From: a virus
Lineage: Duplodnaviria; Caudoviricetes
Length of the DNA stretch: 54,188 nt
Reading direction: 5' to 3' (one strand)
Virus record (IMG/VR): IMGVR_UViG_3300032770_000026
Coordinates: 1-54,188 of that record
This document shows positions 45,207-54,188 of the stretch, in pieces (position 1 is the first letter of the stretch; each line of letters begins with the position of its first letter). A program made the position numbers and the translations under genes. The notes below the pieces were generated by a model that was not told the DNA's origin, searched no databases, and saw only the letters and a program-made list of their open reading frames with translations.

Positions 45207-45703
45207 ATGATAACAAAAGAACAATTAATAGAATTTGGGATGAAAGAATTATCTCAAGAAGAAGGTGGTTTTTATTTTCCTATGAAAAAAGTAATTTCAG
45301 TACCAAATGAAGAAAATGAGGATAATGATGAATTTGGGGATATTTCTATATGTGTATCAATGGCATATAATAGCTCCAAGATTGTATTGTCTTTACCTGA
45401 TGGTTCGGTTATAAATGTTTTTGTAGAAACTATTGAAGAATTGAAAGCATTTGAAAAATGTATTGCTGGGTGGGAGCCCAATTACTAATTTATAATACTA
45501 AAATGGATGATCAAACTAGAGATTATTTAGTAGAAATGACAGTAAAAACACTTGGCATTTCAAGAAATCAAGCTAAATTAAGACTTGAGGCATTTTTAAA
45601 AAGTGGAGTTTTGGCAAAATGGAAGAATCCTGATCCAGATGAAACTATGTTTCATATAATAACAGACATAGCAATGCAAATACCACAATTAGGTGTTGAA
45701 TAA
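45207..45703 (+). CDS. Two small hypothetical ORFs (45207-45488 and about 45503-45703)
   Basis: Co-oriented ORFs. Confidence 0.5.
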
Positions 45704-45838
45704 AAGTATAGTTAATTCTTTCACAATAGTTTCACGATTTAAAATCGGAAAACAATAAACCTCAATAGCAATAAGTCATTCATATAAAGAGGACTACAGC
45801 CTTCTAAGCGTGATGCTAAAAAAATAATTCAAAATAAA

Positions 45839-45870
45839 TTTGCTTTTTTGTAACAAATAATTTACATTTA
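45839..45870 (+). promoter_or_regulatory. Bacteroidota-type promoter
   Basis: TTTG-N20-TACATTTA, same spacing as the 41445 promoter. Confidence 0.5.
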
Positions 45871-45884
45871 CGTAAAATTAACCA

Positions 45885-46067
45885 ATGAATAGAATAGACG
45901 AAATATTGCAAAATAAAGGCATCATGAAAAGCTGGTTAGCTGACAAACTTAAAATTAGCCATACCTTAATGAGTTTTTACTGCAATAATACTCGTCAACC
46001 AAGTGAAGAAAGACTTAAAGAAATAGCATTAATACTTGGTGTGCCTTATAAAGATTTGTTAAACTAA
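45885..46067 (+). CDS. XRE-family HTH regulator
   Basis: MNRIDEIL..KGI.KSWLA...YCNNTRQPS. Confidence 0.85.
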   Translation: MNRIDEILQNKGIMKSWLADKLKISHTLMSFYCNNTRQPSEERLKEIALILGVPYKDLLN

Positions 46068-46078
46068 ATCTAAAAGTC

Positions 46079-46596
46079 ATGAACACTGAACTTAAAATCC
46101 CGCTTGAAAATACCGCATTAAGGTATTACTGTCATAACTATGTTGATGCTGACTTATCCAAGCTACCAGATTGGCAGAAGGATTTAGCCAGAAAACGTGT
46201 TAGGGAGCTTGCTAAGGCTGATTTATCCTTAGAGGACAACATCGAGTTTATAAACTTTTGCATTGCTTACCACGAATCAAAATGTCAGCATCTTGCTGCA
46301 TATACTGAACAATTGCTTAATCAATTAAAATAGATGCTATGAAGCGTACTAAACTCAGAAGTCTTTGCGGGAAGGTAGATAAAAATCGTGAAAAATATTT
46401 ATCCTCAATAGATTCGTTAGTTTCCGAACTTGAAAAAATAAGCGGTTTAGAGTTAAGTAGCAATGATTTTCCCGGAGATGGATTAGGGATAGGATTAAAA
46501 GGCGCCGACAGATATATATCTATAAGTGAAGCATTAGAAAGAATAGAATCAACAGGAACATTAACCGAAAGTGATTTTGACGAAACTTATTTATAA
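46079..46596 (+). CDS. Two small hypothetical ORFs (46079-46333, 46339-46596)
   Basis: Co-oriented ORFs. Confidence 0.5.
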
Positions 46597-46613
46597 TCAA
46601 TTAAAATAAAGAA

Positions 46614-47276
46614 ATGAATCAATTTAAATTACTGGATTTATATTGCTGCGCCGGTGGAGCCGCTAAAGGATATTCACTTGCAGGATTCCAGGTTGTCGGT
46701 ATAGATAAAAAATATCAAAAACATTACCCTTTCGAATTTATACAAGCCGACGCCCTGGAATATCTTGAAAATAATTGGCAAAATTATGATGCCTTTCACG
46801 CTTCACCTCCTTGTCAGAAATACAGTAATGGAGCAAAACAAATGAAAACAACCAATAATCATCCTGATTTAATAAAACCAACACATGATATACTTTTAAA
46901 AACCGGCAAGCCTTATGTTATTGAAAATATAATGCCTGCCAAAACAGAACTTATTAATCCTTTTATGTTATGCGGAACTATGTTTGGATTAGGGGTTTTT
47001 AGGCATAGATTATTCGAGACGAACTTTCAGGTTTTATTGCCAGATCATTCCAGGCATAATGGTAAAATAGGAGATGGTAAATACAATACAGTAACAGGGC
47101 ATGCTGGTGGAAGTTCAAAAAGAGACGGCTTTAAAAATGGCGGAACTGATGCCTGGAAAATATCAATGGGTATTGATTGGATGACAGGCGAAGAATTAAA
47201 AGAAGCAATTCCACCCGCTTATACAGAATTTATAGGTAAACAATTAATCGATTTTTTAAAATCTAAACAGTCATGA
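46614..47276 (+). CDS. Short C5-cytosine DNA methyltransferase-like protein
   Basis: LDLYCCAGG, ASPPCQ, VIENI, RHRLFE, EAIPPAY. Confidence 0.85.
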   Translation: MNQFKLLDLYCCAGGAAKGYSLAGFQVVGIDKKYQKHYPFEFIQADALEYLENNWQNYDAFHASPPCQKYSNGAKQMKTTNNHPDLIKPTHDILLKTGKPYVIENIMPAKTELINPFMLCGTMFGLGVFRHRLFETNFQVLLPDHSRHNGKIGDGKYNTVTGHAGGSSKRDGFKNGGTDAWKISMGIDWMTGEELKEAIPPAYTEFIGKQLIDFLKSKQS

Positions 47277-48944
47277 AAACACTAACAAAAGATTCAAAGT
47301 TTATGTCCCTTGAAAAGTACAGAGCAATATCAAAGTCATTAACCAAGGCTTCTGAGTGCTTTTTAAAGGCAAGAAAAATGTTCGCTTTAATAATTCTATT
47401 GTTCATTGTAGTTTCTCTAAATGCCCAATCCTTTGAGAAAATAAACGGATTAGGGAAAAGCTACCTGTTTGTTGTAAAAACTTTAGTTACATCCCAAGGG
47501 CAAGACCAACTGCAAGAAGTTAAGTTTAATAATACTCTGCCAATGGCTAACTATTTCTCTCCTGAATTTGGATTAGTCGGTTATGTCTTTAATAAAAATA
47601 AGGACAAATGCATTAAAATGGTTCTCCCTTTAGAATCGGTACATATGTTTGACTTCTCAGGGTTTAAATCTTATGAAGGCAAACTCTTATACAACGGGAC
47701 TTTTACAAGGGTTATAATTGTTGAAAATTTAAAATAGAAATAAGATGGAAGGGAAATATACAAGAGGTAATTGGAGTATCAGGCAATATGGAATGTCATT
47801 ATTAATCGAAACAGACGAGACGTTAATTGCCAGTCTTGAAAGGTGGACTAATGGTAAGGATCAAGAGGCTAACGCCAAACTTATCGCAGCCGCTCCTGAA
47901 CTTTTAGAAGCTTGTTATGCATTTGTAAATGCGCGCGTCTCTAAAACAATGGGATATTATAGCGAAGAGCAAATTGATGCTATTGATAAAATGAAATTAG
48001 CAATTAAAAAAGCCACCGAATAATTAATTTAATACATAAGTAAGATGGAAAAATTAGGACAAGAACCTGCATTTCATTCTGAATTTGATGGAACTGAAAA
48101 GGATTTTACCGGGATGCCATGTTTAGTGCATCGTAAATATTACGGCATTTCGAAACGCTTCTATGCTGCCTGTTCTGCAATGCAAGGATTATTATCTCAT
48201 ATCGAAGGGTATGAAAAGGCAAATGGTATAGAACTTTTAATTGCAGATGCCTATGAATTTGCCGATGAACTTTTAAAACAAGAAAATGCCTAAACATTAT
48301 TGTCCCATATGCTCTGCCCCATTACCCGTAATAGGCCAATGGGTAAAATGTGAACCTTGCGGATATGCAGAACCAATTAAACATTTTAAAGGCACAAAGG
48401 AACAATCAGTATCAAACTTCCAGCACAAAAGAGAAAGAGCGAATGTGTGGGGAGGGAGAAAAAGAATTGCAGATTAATTTAAAACTTAAAAACATAAAAT
48501 TATGAACAAAGGGTTATTAACAGCAGCTTTAGGATTAGCAGCATTATCAATGCCAATGCCACAAGTTCACGCAAGTGGATATTTTAACAATACCCCATAT
48601 TTCCCTGGTACTCATGAAAACCGCAAACGCAAACATAATAAACTACATAAAAGTAGAATCTTGCGGAGAAAGCACAGGAAAGCAGCTTAGTACTAACCAA
48701 AACCAACATTTTGAAACTATTAAAATTATGTTTGATTTTTTCAATAATCGTTATATGTATTCTTCTGCATCAGTTATATGAGGAGAAACATAAATCAGTA
48801 AAAATAAAAACAATACCAATTGATCAATTGAAATTAGAACACGATAGGGGATTACGGGAAGGCTTTAAAATAGGACAAAAGTATTTCTGTAACCCGGAAC
48901 CAAACGACAAACAAATTGACAGTATTTTAATGATAAAAAAATAA
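47273..48944 (+). CDS. Cluster of small hypothetical ORFs (47273-47737, 47745-48023, 48045-48293, 48286-48477, 48502-48690, 48711-48944)
   Basis: Includes common phage motifs ANAKLIAAAPELL and AMQGLL...ADELL, and a CPIC/CEPC zinc ribbon. Confidence 0.55.
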
Positions 48945-49291
48945 GACTATGTGGACAAATTTATTAATCTGGATTTTAATAATCATACTGATTATAGCTA
49001 TAATCCTAGGAATAGGCTGGTTTATTCACACAATCGAAAAGAACTATCCTGAACCGAAAACACCCGAACGTGAAACCCATTCTATTTATGAAGAAACTTT
49101 AAAAGATTTAAGCGATTGCGGAAAATGAGAGACCTACCAATAAATAACATACTCCTCCCCTTCGAGCACGAACCATCCGACGAAGAATCTCATCATTGCG
49201 GCTCCCCAATGGATCACAAAGAGGATTGGGATACTGGGGAAGAATATTTAGAATGTAGACATTGTAATTATAACACATTAAAAACTGAATA

Positions 49292-49657
49292 ATGGAGAAA
49301 TGCATAATTAAAACTTGTGTAAAAAAAGAAACCCAAAAAGGGACTTATTACACTATCGAACTTTCCGATGATAGAAAGGGGTTAAGTTCAGACGATTTAA
49401 CCGGGAAAATTGGACAAGAAACTGAACTCGAAGTAAAGCAAGGTAAAGAATATCAGGGCGTAATGCAATATTATTTCAACCTGCCAAAAGCAGATAAACC
49501 GGCAAATGGGAAATTTCCTGCTAAGGATTGGACTTATGAAAAAAGACGTTATGCTCTTGAGAATGCTGTTAATTTTTGCAGAGACAGAAAAGAATTAACC
49601 TCAGCAAATACAATTGATCTAGCAAATAAGTTTTTTGAATTTCTTAATACGAAATAA
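49292..49657 (+). CDS. Possible single-stranded DNA-binding protein
   Basis: Beta-rich OB-like N-terminus; close to the exonuclease. Confidence 0.35.
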   Translation: MEKCIIKTCVKKETQKGTYYTIELSDDRKGLSSDDLTGKIGQETELEVKQGKEYQGVMQYYFNLPKADKPANGKFPAKDWTYEKRRYALENAVNFCRDRKELTSANTIDLANKFFEFLNTK

Positions 49658-49817
49658 TCATGGTAAACGAAAATATTGATTTTATAATCGATAGACAGCC
49701 ATTAATTAACTGGCAAAAATGGTTAAACCAATGGATGCATACTTATAAAACCATTGAGATAATTAACTCGACAGTCCATGAGAATGGAGAAGTAACTATA
49801 ATCTTAAAACGAATCAA

Positions 49818-50585
49818 ATGATAAAGTTTATCGATGAACTAGCGAATAAGATTACGATTCCAGATCAACACTTCTACGAATCGACGAAGAACCCGGGAAA
49901 ATGGTTGCCTTCAGTTACTACTTTTCTTGAGGCTTATCCTAAGGGTATAGCTTATATAATGTGGCTTAAACAAGTAGGCATGAATGCAAGCCAAATACTT
50001 AACGAAGCGGCTGAAATAGGTTCAAATATCCATGCTGCAATTGACCAATACGTAAAATCAGGATCATTAAGTTATTTAAGTAAAACCGGCCAAGAGCTTT
50101 TTAAGTGGGAGGAATGGGAGTTAATCTGCAAAGCGATGGAATTTTTCACCATTTATAAACCAGAAATAATTGTTCATGAATTTTCATTCGCTTCTGATGA
50201 ACTTGGTTATGGTGGCACTATTGATATGATTTGCAAAATCAATGGTGAAATATGGCTTATAGACTACAAATCCGGTAATGGAATATATGAAAGTCACTAC
50301 CTGCAAATTGCCGCTTATAAGAAAGCCTGGGAACTTTTAAACCCGCAATATCCAATTCAACATTCAGGGTTACTTCATTTAAAGGCAGCCACAAGAAAAG
50401 AAATTGAAGGGCAAATTCAAGGTAAGGGATGGAAAGTTGAGCAACCGGAAAACTCTTTTGAAAATGACTTTGAATATTTCCAGTACTGTCAGAAACTTTG
50501 GCATCGGGCAAACCCAAAAGTCGCCCCAAAGATTCTTGAATATCCTTTGAGTTTTACAAAACAGGAAGAACTAATTCTTAAGTAA
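49818..50585 (+). CDS. PD-(D/E)XK exonuclease (Cas4/RecB-like)
   Basis: LPSVTT, GSNIH, GGTID, IDYKSG, LQIAAY. Confidence 0.85.
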   Translation: MIKFIDELANKITIPDQHFYESTKNPGKWLPSVTTFLEAYPKGIAYIMWLKQVGMNASQILNEAAEIGSNIHAAIDQYVKSGSLSYLSKTGQELFKWEEWELICKAMEFFTIYKPEIIVHEFSFASDELGYGGTIDMICKINGEIWLIDYKSGNGIYESHYLQIAAYKKAWELLNPQYPIQHSGLLHLKAATRKEIEGQIQGKGWKVEQPENSFENDFEYFQYCQKLWHRANPKVAPKILEYPLSFTKQEELILK

Positions 50586-50600
50586 ACTAAAAATAAAACA

Positions 50601-50786
50601 ATGAAAGAATTAAATGGAATATCAGCATCCGACAGTGTTAAAATCGACAAGGAATTAATACGCATAAAAACTTTGATTGACGAAGCAGACAACTATTATT
50701 TTGCAGAAAAGCCGAAAGAAAAACTTGAAATATTAAAAGCAGATATTGACGATATTTTTTCAAATATAATGAGAATATTAGAATGA
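50601..50786 (+). CDS. Hypothetical protein
   Basis: Short helical ORF. Confidence 0.5.
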   Translation: MKELNGISASDSVKIDKELIRIKTLIDEADNYYFAEKPKEKLEILKADIDDIFSNIMRILE

Positions 50787-50896
50787 CCTATTGTCTCGAC
50801 CTAAATTTTAAAATTGTCCCATTTACCGGACAAAACTCACTCAAAACAGGTTCTTATTCTGATTGCCTAAAGTGAAAAATAACTAAAAACAAAATT

Positions 50897-52180
50897 ATGA
50901 AATATTTAAAAATTAAAAACGATGGCCTTTTAGATTCACGTCTCATATATCTAATGGGCGGAACAACTAAGGCCAATGATCATTACAAAATAGGTCAATT
51001 TGGCACCGGTATAAAATACGTGCTCGCATGGCTTTTGAGAAATAATATTTTTTTCAAAATATTCATAGGCGGAAAAGAACTTGTTATTTCTACGAAAACC
51101 GAAATCATTAGGGATACGGAATTTAATGTAATTTACATCAATAATGAACGGACAAGTATAACCACAAATATGGGGTTGAATTGGAAAGCATGGATGATTA
51201 TTCGTGAAATTTGGTGTAATGCATTGGACGAAGAAAACGGGTCATATTGCGAAACTGAAGAAGTTCTGCCAGAGGAAAATAGCACTGAGTTTTATATTCA
51301 ATTAACTGGTGAAATAAAAGATGTTTTTGATAATTGGACAAAGTATTTTATTTCTCAACAACCACTACAGAATGAAAGAGATTTCGCTATTTATCATGGT
51401 GGCGAAACCTTGAGGCTTTATAAAAATGGCATTCTTATAAAGGAAATCGAAAACTACAAAACAGTTTTCGCTTATGATATTAAGAATGCAAACATAAACG
51501 AACTCAGGGAATTCAATGGCACTGCGTCAAACGAGATTGTAAGGATATTCCCTTTTTTAAACAAGGCATGTATTGATATCTTACTTAACAACATAAAGGG
51601 ATGTTATGAAGAAACAATGAACTACGATTGGTACGGAATCCCTGCCTACGGAGACCAATGGAAAGAAGCTATCGGCGCGGCTAAATTCATTGATTACGAT
51701 TCTTATGATAAATTAATTGTCAGACAGCCGAAATTAGCAGAAGAACCAATTATTCAGGTGCCTAAAGGATTATTCAAAGAACTTATTAAACACTTCCCGT
51801 CAGTTTCAATACTCCGTGTATCCGACAAGGTAAATACTTTTTATGAAACTTCGTCCTATTTATTCAACGAAAAGATTCAAATCTGCATTAAAATACTCGA
51901 ATCATGTAATTATTTTCTTGACAAAGATCTGAAGATAATTACAGGAATGTTTGGTAATTCGTTAACTCAAGGGTCAATTAATTTTGATTCAAAGGAAATA
52001 CGTTTATCTGAGGATTTAGAACACTTATCCGACATTGAATTAATATATGTTCTAATTGAAGAAAACGAACATTACCGGACTTCATTTGACGATTGTTCCC
52101 GTGAATTTCAAACCCATTTTCTTAAACTGTATACAAACATGCTTTTAAAACAGGCAAAAGAAAATATTTCACAAAATTGA
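50897..52180 (+). CDS. GHKL (HSP90-like) ATPase with permuted motif order and possible C-terminal zincin-like domain
   Basis: IKNDG, IGQFGTGIKY, REIWCNALDE; C-terminal LIEENEH. Confidence 0.65.
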   Translation: MKYLKIKNDGLLDSRLIYLMGGTTKANDHYKIGQFGTGIKYVLAWLLRNNIFFKIFIGGKELVISTKTEIIRDTEFNVIYINNERTSITTNMGLNWKAWMIIREIWCNALDEENGSYCETEEVLPEENSTEFYIQLTGEIKDVFDNWTKYFISQQPLQNERDFAIYHGGETLRLYKNGILIKEIENYKTVFAYDIKNANINELREFNGTASNEIVRIFPFLNKACIDILLNNIKGCYEETMNYDWYGIPAYGDQWKEAIGAAKFIDYDSYDKLIVRQPKLAEEPIIQVPKGLFKELIKHFPSVSILRVSDKVNTFYETSSYLFNEKIQICIKILESCNYFLDKDLKIITGMFGNSLTQGSINFDSKEIRLSEDLEHLSDIELIYVLIEENEHYRTSFDDCSREFQTHFLKLYTNMLLKQAKENISQN

Positions 52181-52300
52181 TTATGAATCCTAACCCCTTC
52201 TCTTATCCATCCCGAAAAACCGTAAAAGCAATTCAGGAATGGAAAATAAAAAACGCCCTGAAGGGGTTGATACAAGTAAAGTAATTTTAAAATTGATAAA

Positions 52301-52585
52301 ATGACAACATTTGAATACGGAGTAATGAGTTCAAAATATTCATGTGAAGCTGAAAATAAATTAACGGCTTATGTTGCTATGTGCTTGCATTACGATAGGA
52401 ATAATCACATGATTGCTATTTATGCGCCTGAGGAATGTAAAAAAGATAGTTGGCTTAATCCATTTGGCCAAGTATCTAAAAGACTAGATGAAGTATTCGG
52501 AGGCGAAGGGGCTTTTGATAAATATGTTGATTCACATATCGAAGAAATTAGGACTTGTTATAAATCTATTAAACAATTGTGTTAA
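52301..52585 (+). CDS. Hypothetical protein
   Basis: Intact ORF. Confidence 0.55.
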   Translation: MTTFEYGVMSSKYSCEAENKLTAYVAMCLHYDRNNHMIAIYAPEECKKDSWLNPFGQVSKRLDEVFGGEGAFDKYVDSHIEEIRTCYKSIKQLC

Positions 52586-53022
52586 TGGACTTTCTAGCTA
52601 AGATAACCGGACAAAATCATTTTGAGCCATTAGGCGCGGAGGCATTTAAAAAGTCTCTTAAATTAAAACCTGATGATTATATCCGACTTGAAACCTGGAA
52701 AGAAAGAAATATTCAATTTCATCGCAAATATTTTGCCTTTTTAAACACCATAATCTATTTTTTGCCAGAGGATGAGAAATACGATCGCTTTAGAAATATC
52801 GATTACCTACGTGAAGAATTAATGATAATGATCGGGTCTGTGGACATTCATATCACCATGGACGGCGAGCAAATTTTAAGGCCAAAATCGATAAGTTTTA
52901 AATCGATGGACAATGAAGCTTTTGAAAAAGTCTATTCGCTTTCGATTGATGCGGCCTTGAAATACTTCTTGCATCATCTTAATAAAGAGGATTTTGAACG
53001 ACAAATATTAAGTTTTATTTAA
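52579..53022 (+). CDS. DUF1367/NinB-like protein
   Basis: RNIQFHRKYFAFL...PKSISFKSMD..F...Y. Confidence 0.7.
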   Translation: MLMDFLAKITGQNHFEPLGAEAFKKSLKLKPDDYIRLETWKERNIQFHRKYFAFLNTIIYFLPEDEKYDRFRNIDYLREELMIMIGSVDIHITMDGEQILRPKSISFKSMDNEAFEKVYSLSIDAALKYFLHHLNKEDFERQILSFI

Positions 53023-53234
53023 AAATAGAAAGTATGAATAACGGAGAATTTTCATCTGAAATTATCGCATTTACAGCCCAAAATAGTAATTATCAAGTTG
53101 ATAGAAGTTATATTTCTTTAAGTCATATTTATATCAAATAGTTGAAAAATTAAATTGGGTTATTAAAAATCTAAAATGATTTGTACAAATACGATTGAAG
53201 TATATGGAACAGATAACCATCTAAAATAAACAGT

Positions 53235-53483
53235 ATGTCAAAAGAAAGAATTGAATTAAACAAATCAGAAAAAGAATTACTTGAATTTTCGGCTGGTGAC
53301 TTAATTCCAGAATTAGCTAAAAATCCAAATCTACAACATGTAAGAATGTCTGCATTTGACTATTACAATCCACAGACAAAAGAATATTATCAAGTTCATG
53401 TTTTAGTCACGCGGGACGAAAGCGACTTTCTGGAGTTTTTACAGACTGAAGAGATGTCAGCATATGGGAAAAAAATAGTTTAA
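53235..53483 (+). CDS. Hypothetical protein
   Basis: Intact ORF. Confidence 0.55.
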   Translation: MSKERIELNKSEKELLEFSAGDLIPELAKNPNLQHVRMSAFDYYNPQTKEYYQVHVLVTRDESDFLEFLQTEEMSAYGKKIV

Positions 53484-53535
53484 TTATTGACTTTTAGATT
53501 TTTCCCTCTTTACCTGAGAAGGGCTAAGAGGTTTT

Positions 53536-53753
53536 ACTAACTTAAAAATGGAATTATGAAAACACCTTACAAATGTCCTTATCAACACAAAAAAAGTTGT
53601 GATAAAGTTGATCCAAACGGATGGCTTTATATGGTTTGTGAAGAATGCGAACATTACGAAAATGGAGTGCGTGAAACCGGATCATTTTTATCATTTTCCT
53701 GGTTTAAAAAGAAACGTAACTAATTGACTAACTTAAAAATGGAATTATGAAAA
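53536..53753 (+). repeat. 27-bp exact direct repeat (53536-53562, 53727-53753) forming the starts of two small ORFs (53556-53723, 53747-53878)
   Basis: ACTAACTTAAAAATGGAATTATGAAAA twice. Confidence 0.85.
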
Positions 53754-53923
53754 AGATTGTAAAAGCTTGGATTTGGATTTTATATGCCATTTCATTCCTT
53801 GTAACTCCTATTGTGATTATTTGGCAAATGGCTAATGAGCACGCTAATGAAATCGGGAATTATATTGATAAAGATTGAACTAACTAACTGATTTATTAAT
53901 ATTTTTTGAAATGAAAGAGATGT

Positions 53924-54188
53924 ATGGCATTATCCTATACTGAACAATTACAGGACCAACGATGGATGGATAGATAAATCTGATAAAATAAAGGAAAGAG
54001 ATAATAATACCTGTCAGATTTGCGGAACGAAAGAGCATTATGTTTACGTACATCATATTTGTTATTTACCTGATACGCTTGCATGGGAATATGACGATGA
54101 ACTTTTACAAACAGTATGCAGAAAACACCATGAACAACTAACTTATGACATGCCTAAAGTTGCAGGAATTATAGCATTTCAGGCATTA
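53924..54188 (+). pseudogene. HNH endonuclease with a 4-bp duplication frameshift; continues across the circular join to TAG at 68-70
   Basis: YTEQLQDQRW / KERDNNTCQICG...VHHICY...WEY...TVCRKHH; GATGGATGGA at 53961. Confidence 0.7.

Larger units (their letters stand above)
1..54188. mobile_element. Bacteriophage genome (myovirus, Mu-like morphogenesis genes, probable Bacteroidota host), apparently complete and circularly permuted
   Basis: Terminase, portal, protease/capsid, sheath, tube, tape measure, baseplate, lysis and replication genes present; no host housekeeping genes; terminal GGCATTA overlap with in-frame continuation. Confidence 0.93.

Noticed and set aside
49818-50585. Cas4-like nuclease as a sign of CRISPR-Cas
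   Set aside because: No repeat-spacer array or other cas genes; stand-alone PD-(D/E)XK exonucleases are common in phage recombination modules.
1420-50692. Other short ORFs nested in or antisense to long genes (e.g. 1420-1650, 5394-5618, 6565-6903, 10412-10696, 18190-18504, 21847-22146, 42797-43093, 50257-50529)
   Set aside because: They overlap well-supported genes and have no recognisable motifs.
1-54188. Alternative genetic code or tRNA genes
   Set aside because: Long genes are intact under the standard code with all three stop codons used, and I saw no cloverleaf or T-loop pattern. tRNAscan was not run.

Overview
This AT-rich 54.2 kb window looks like a complete, circularly permuted genome of a contractile-tailed (myovirus-type) phage with Mu-like morphogenesis genes. 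The last 7 nt repeat the first 7 nt, and an HNH reading frame continues across the join. The host is probably a Bacteroidota member, judged from TAnnTTTG promoter boxes, AT-rich leaders without Shine-Dalgarno sequences and Gln-rule signal peptides. Layout: replication and nin-like genes (60-7102), packaging and head (7385-20641), tail and baseplate (20684-31633), a reverse-strand accessory pair (31630-32761), fibre/depolymerase-like genes (33197-38401), lysis (38431-41300) and an early region of small ORFs (41516-54188). I found no integrase, DDE transposase, reverse transcriptase, tRNA or CRISPR array. The most unusual signals are: (1) an integrase-less array of attC-like hairpin-bounded gene cassettes that truncates a RuvC-like gene (4900-5800); (2) a ~245 bp non-coding module present twice in inverted orientation 19 kb apart, with a perfect palindrome, IHF-consensus sites and DnaA boxes; (3) a probable -1 frameshift fusing portal to MuF with a GNAT-like tail, followed by an orphan PBECR2-like nuclease; (4) a palindrome exactly 40 bp before a TAnnTTTG box at all three late operon starts; (5) several late structural-looking proteins with Sec signal peptides. 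All protein calls come from motif recognition by eye; no database searches were run.
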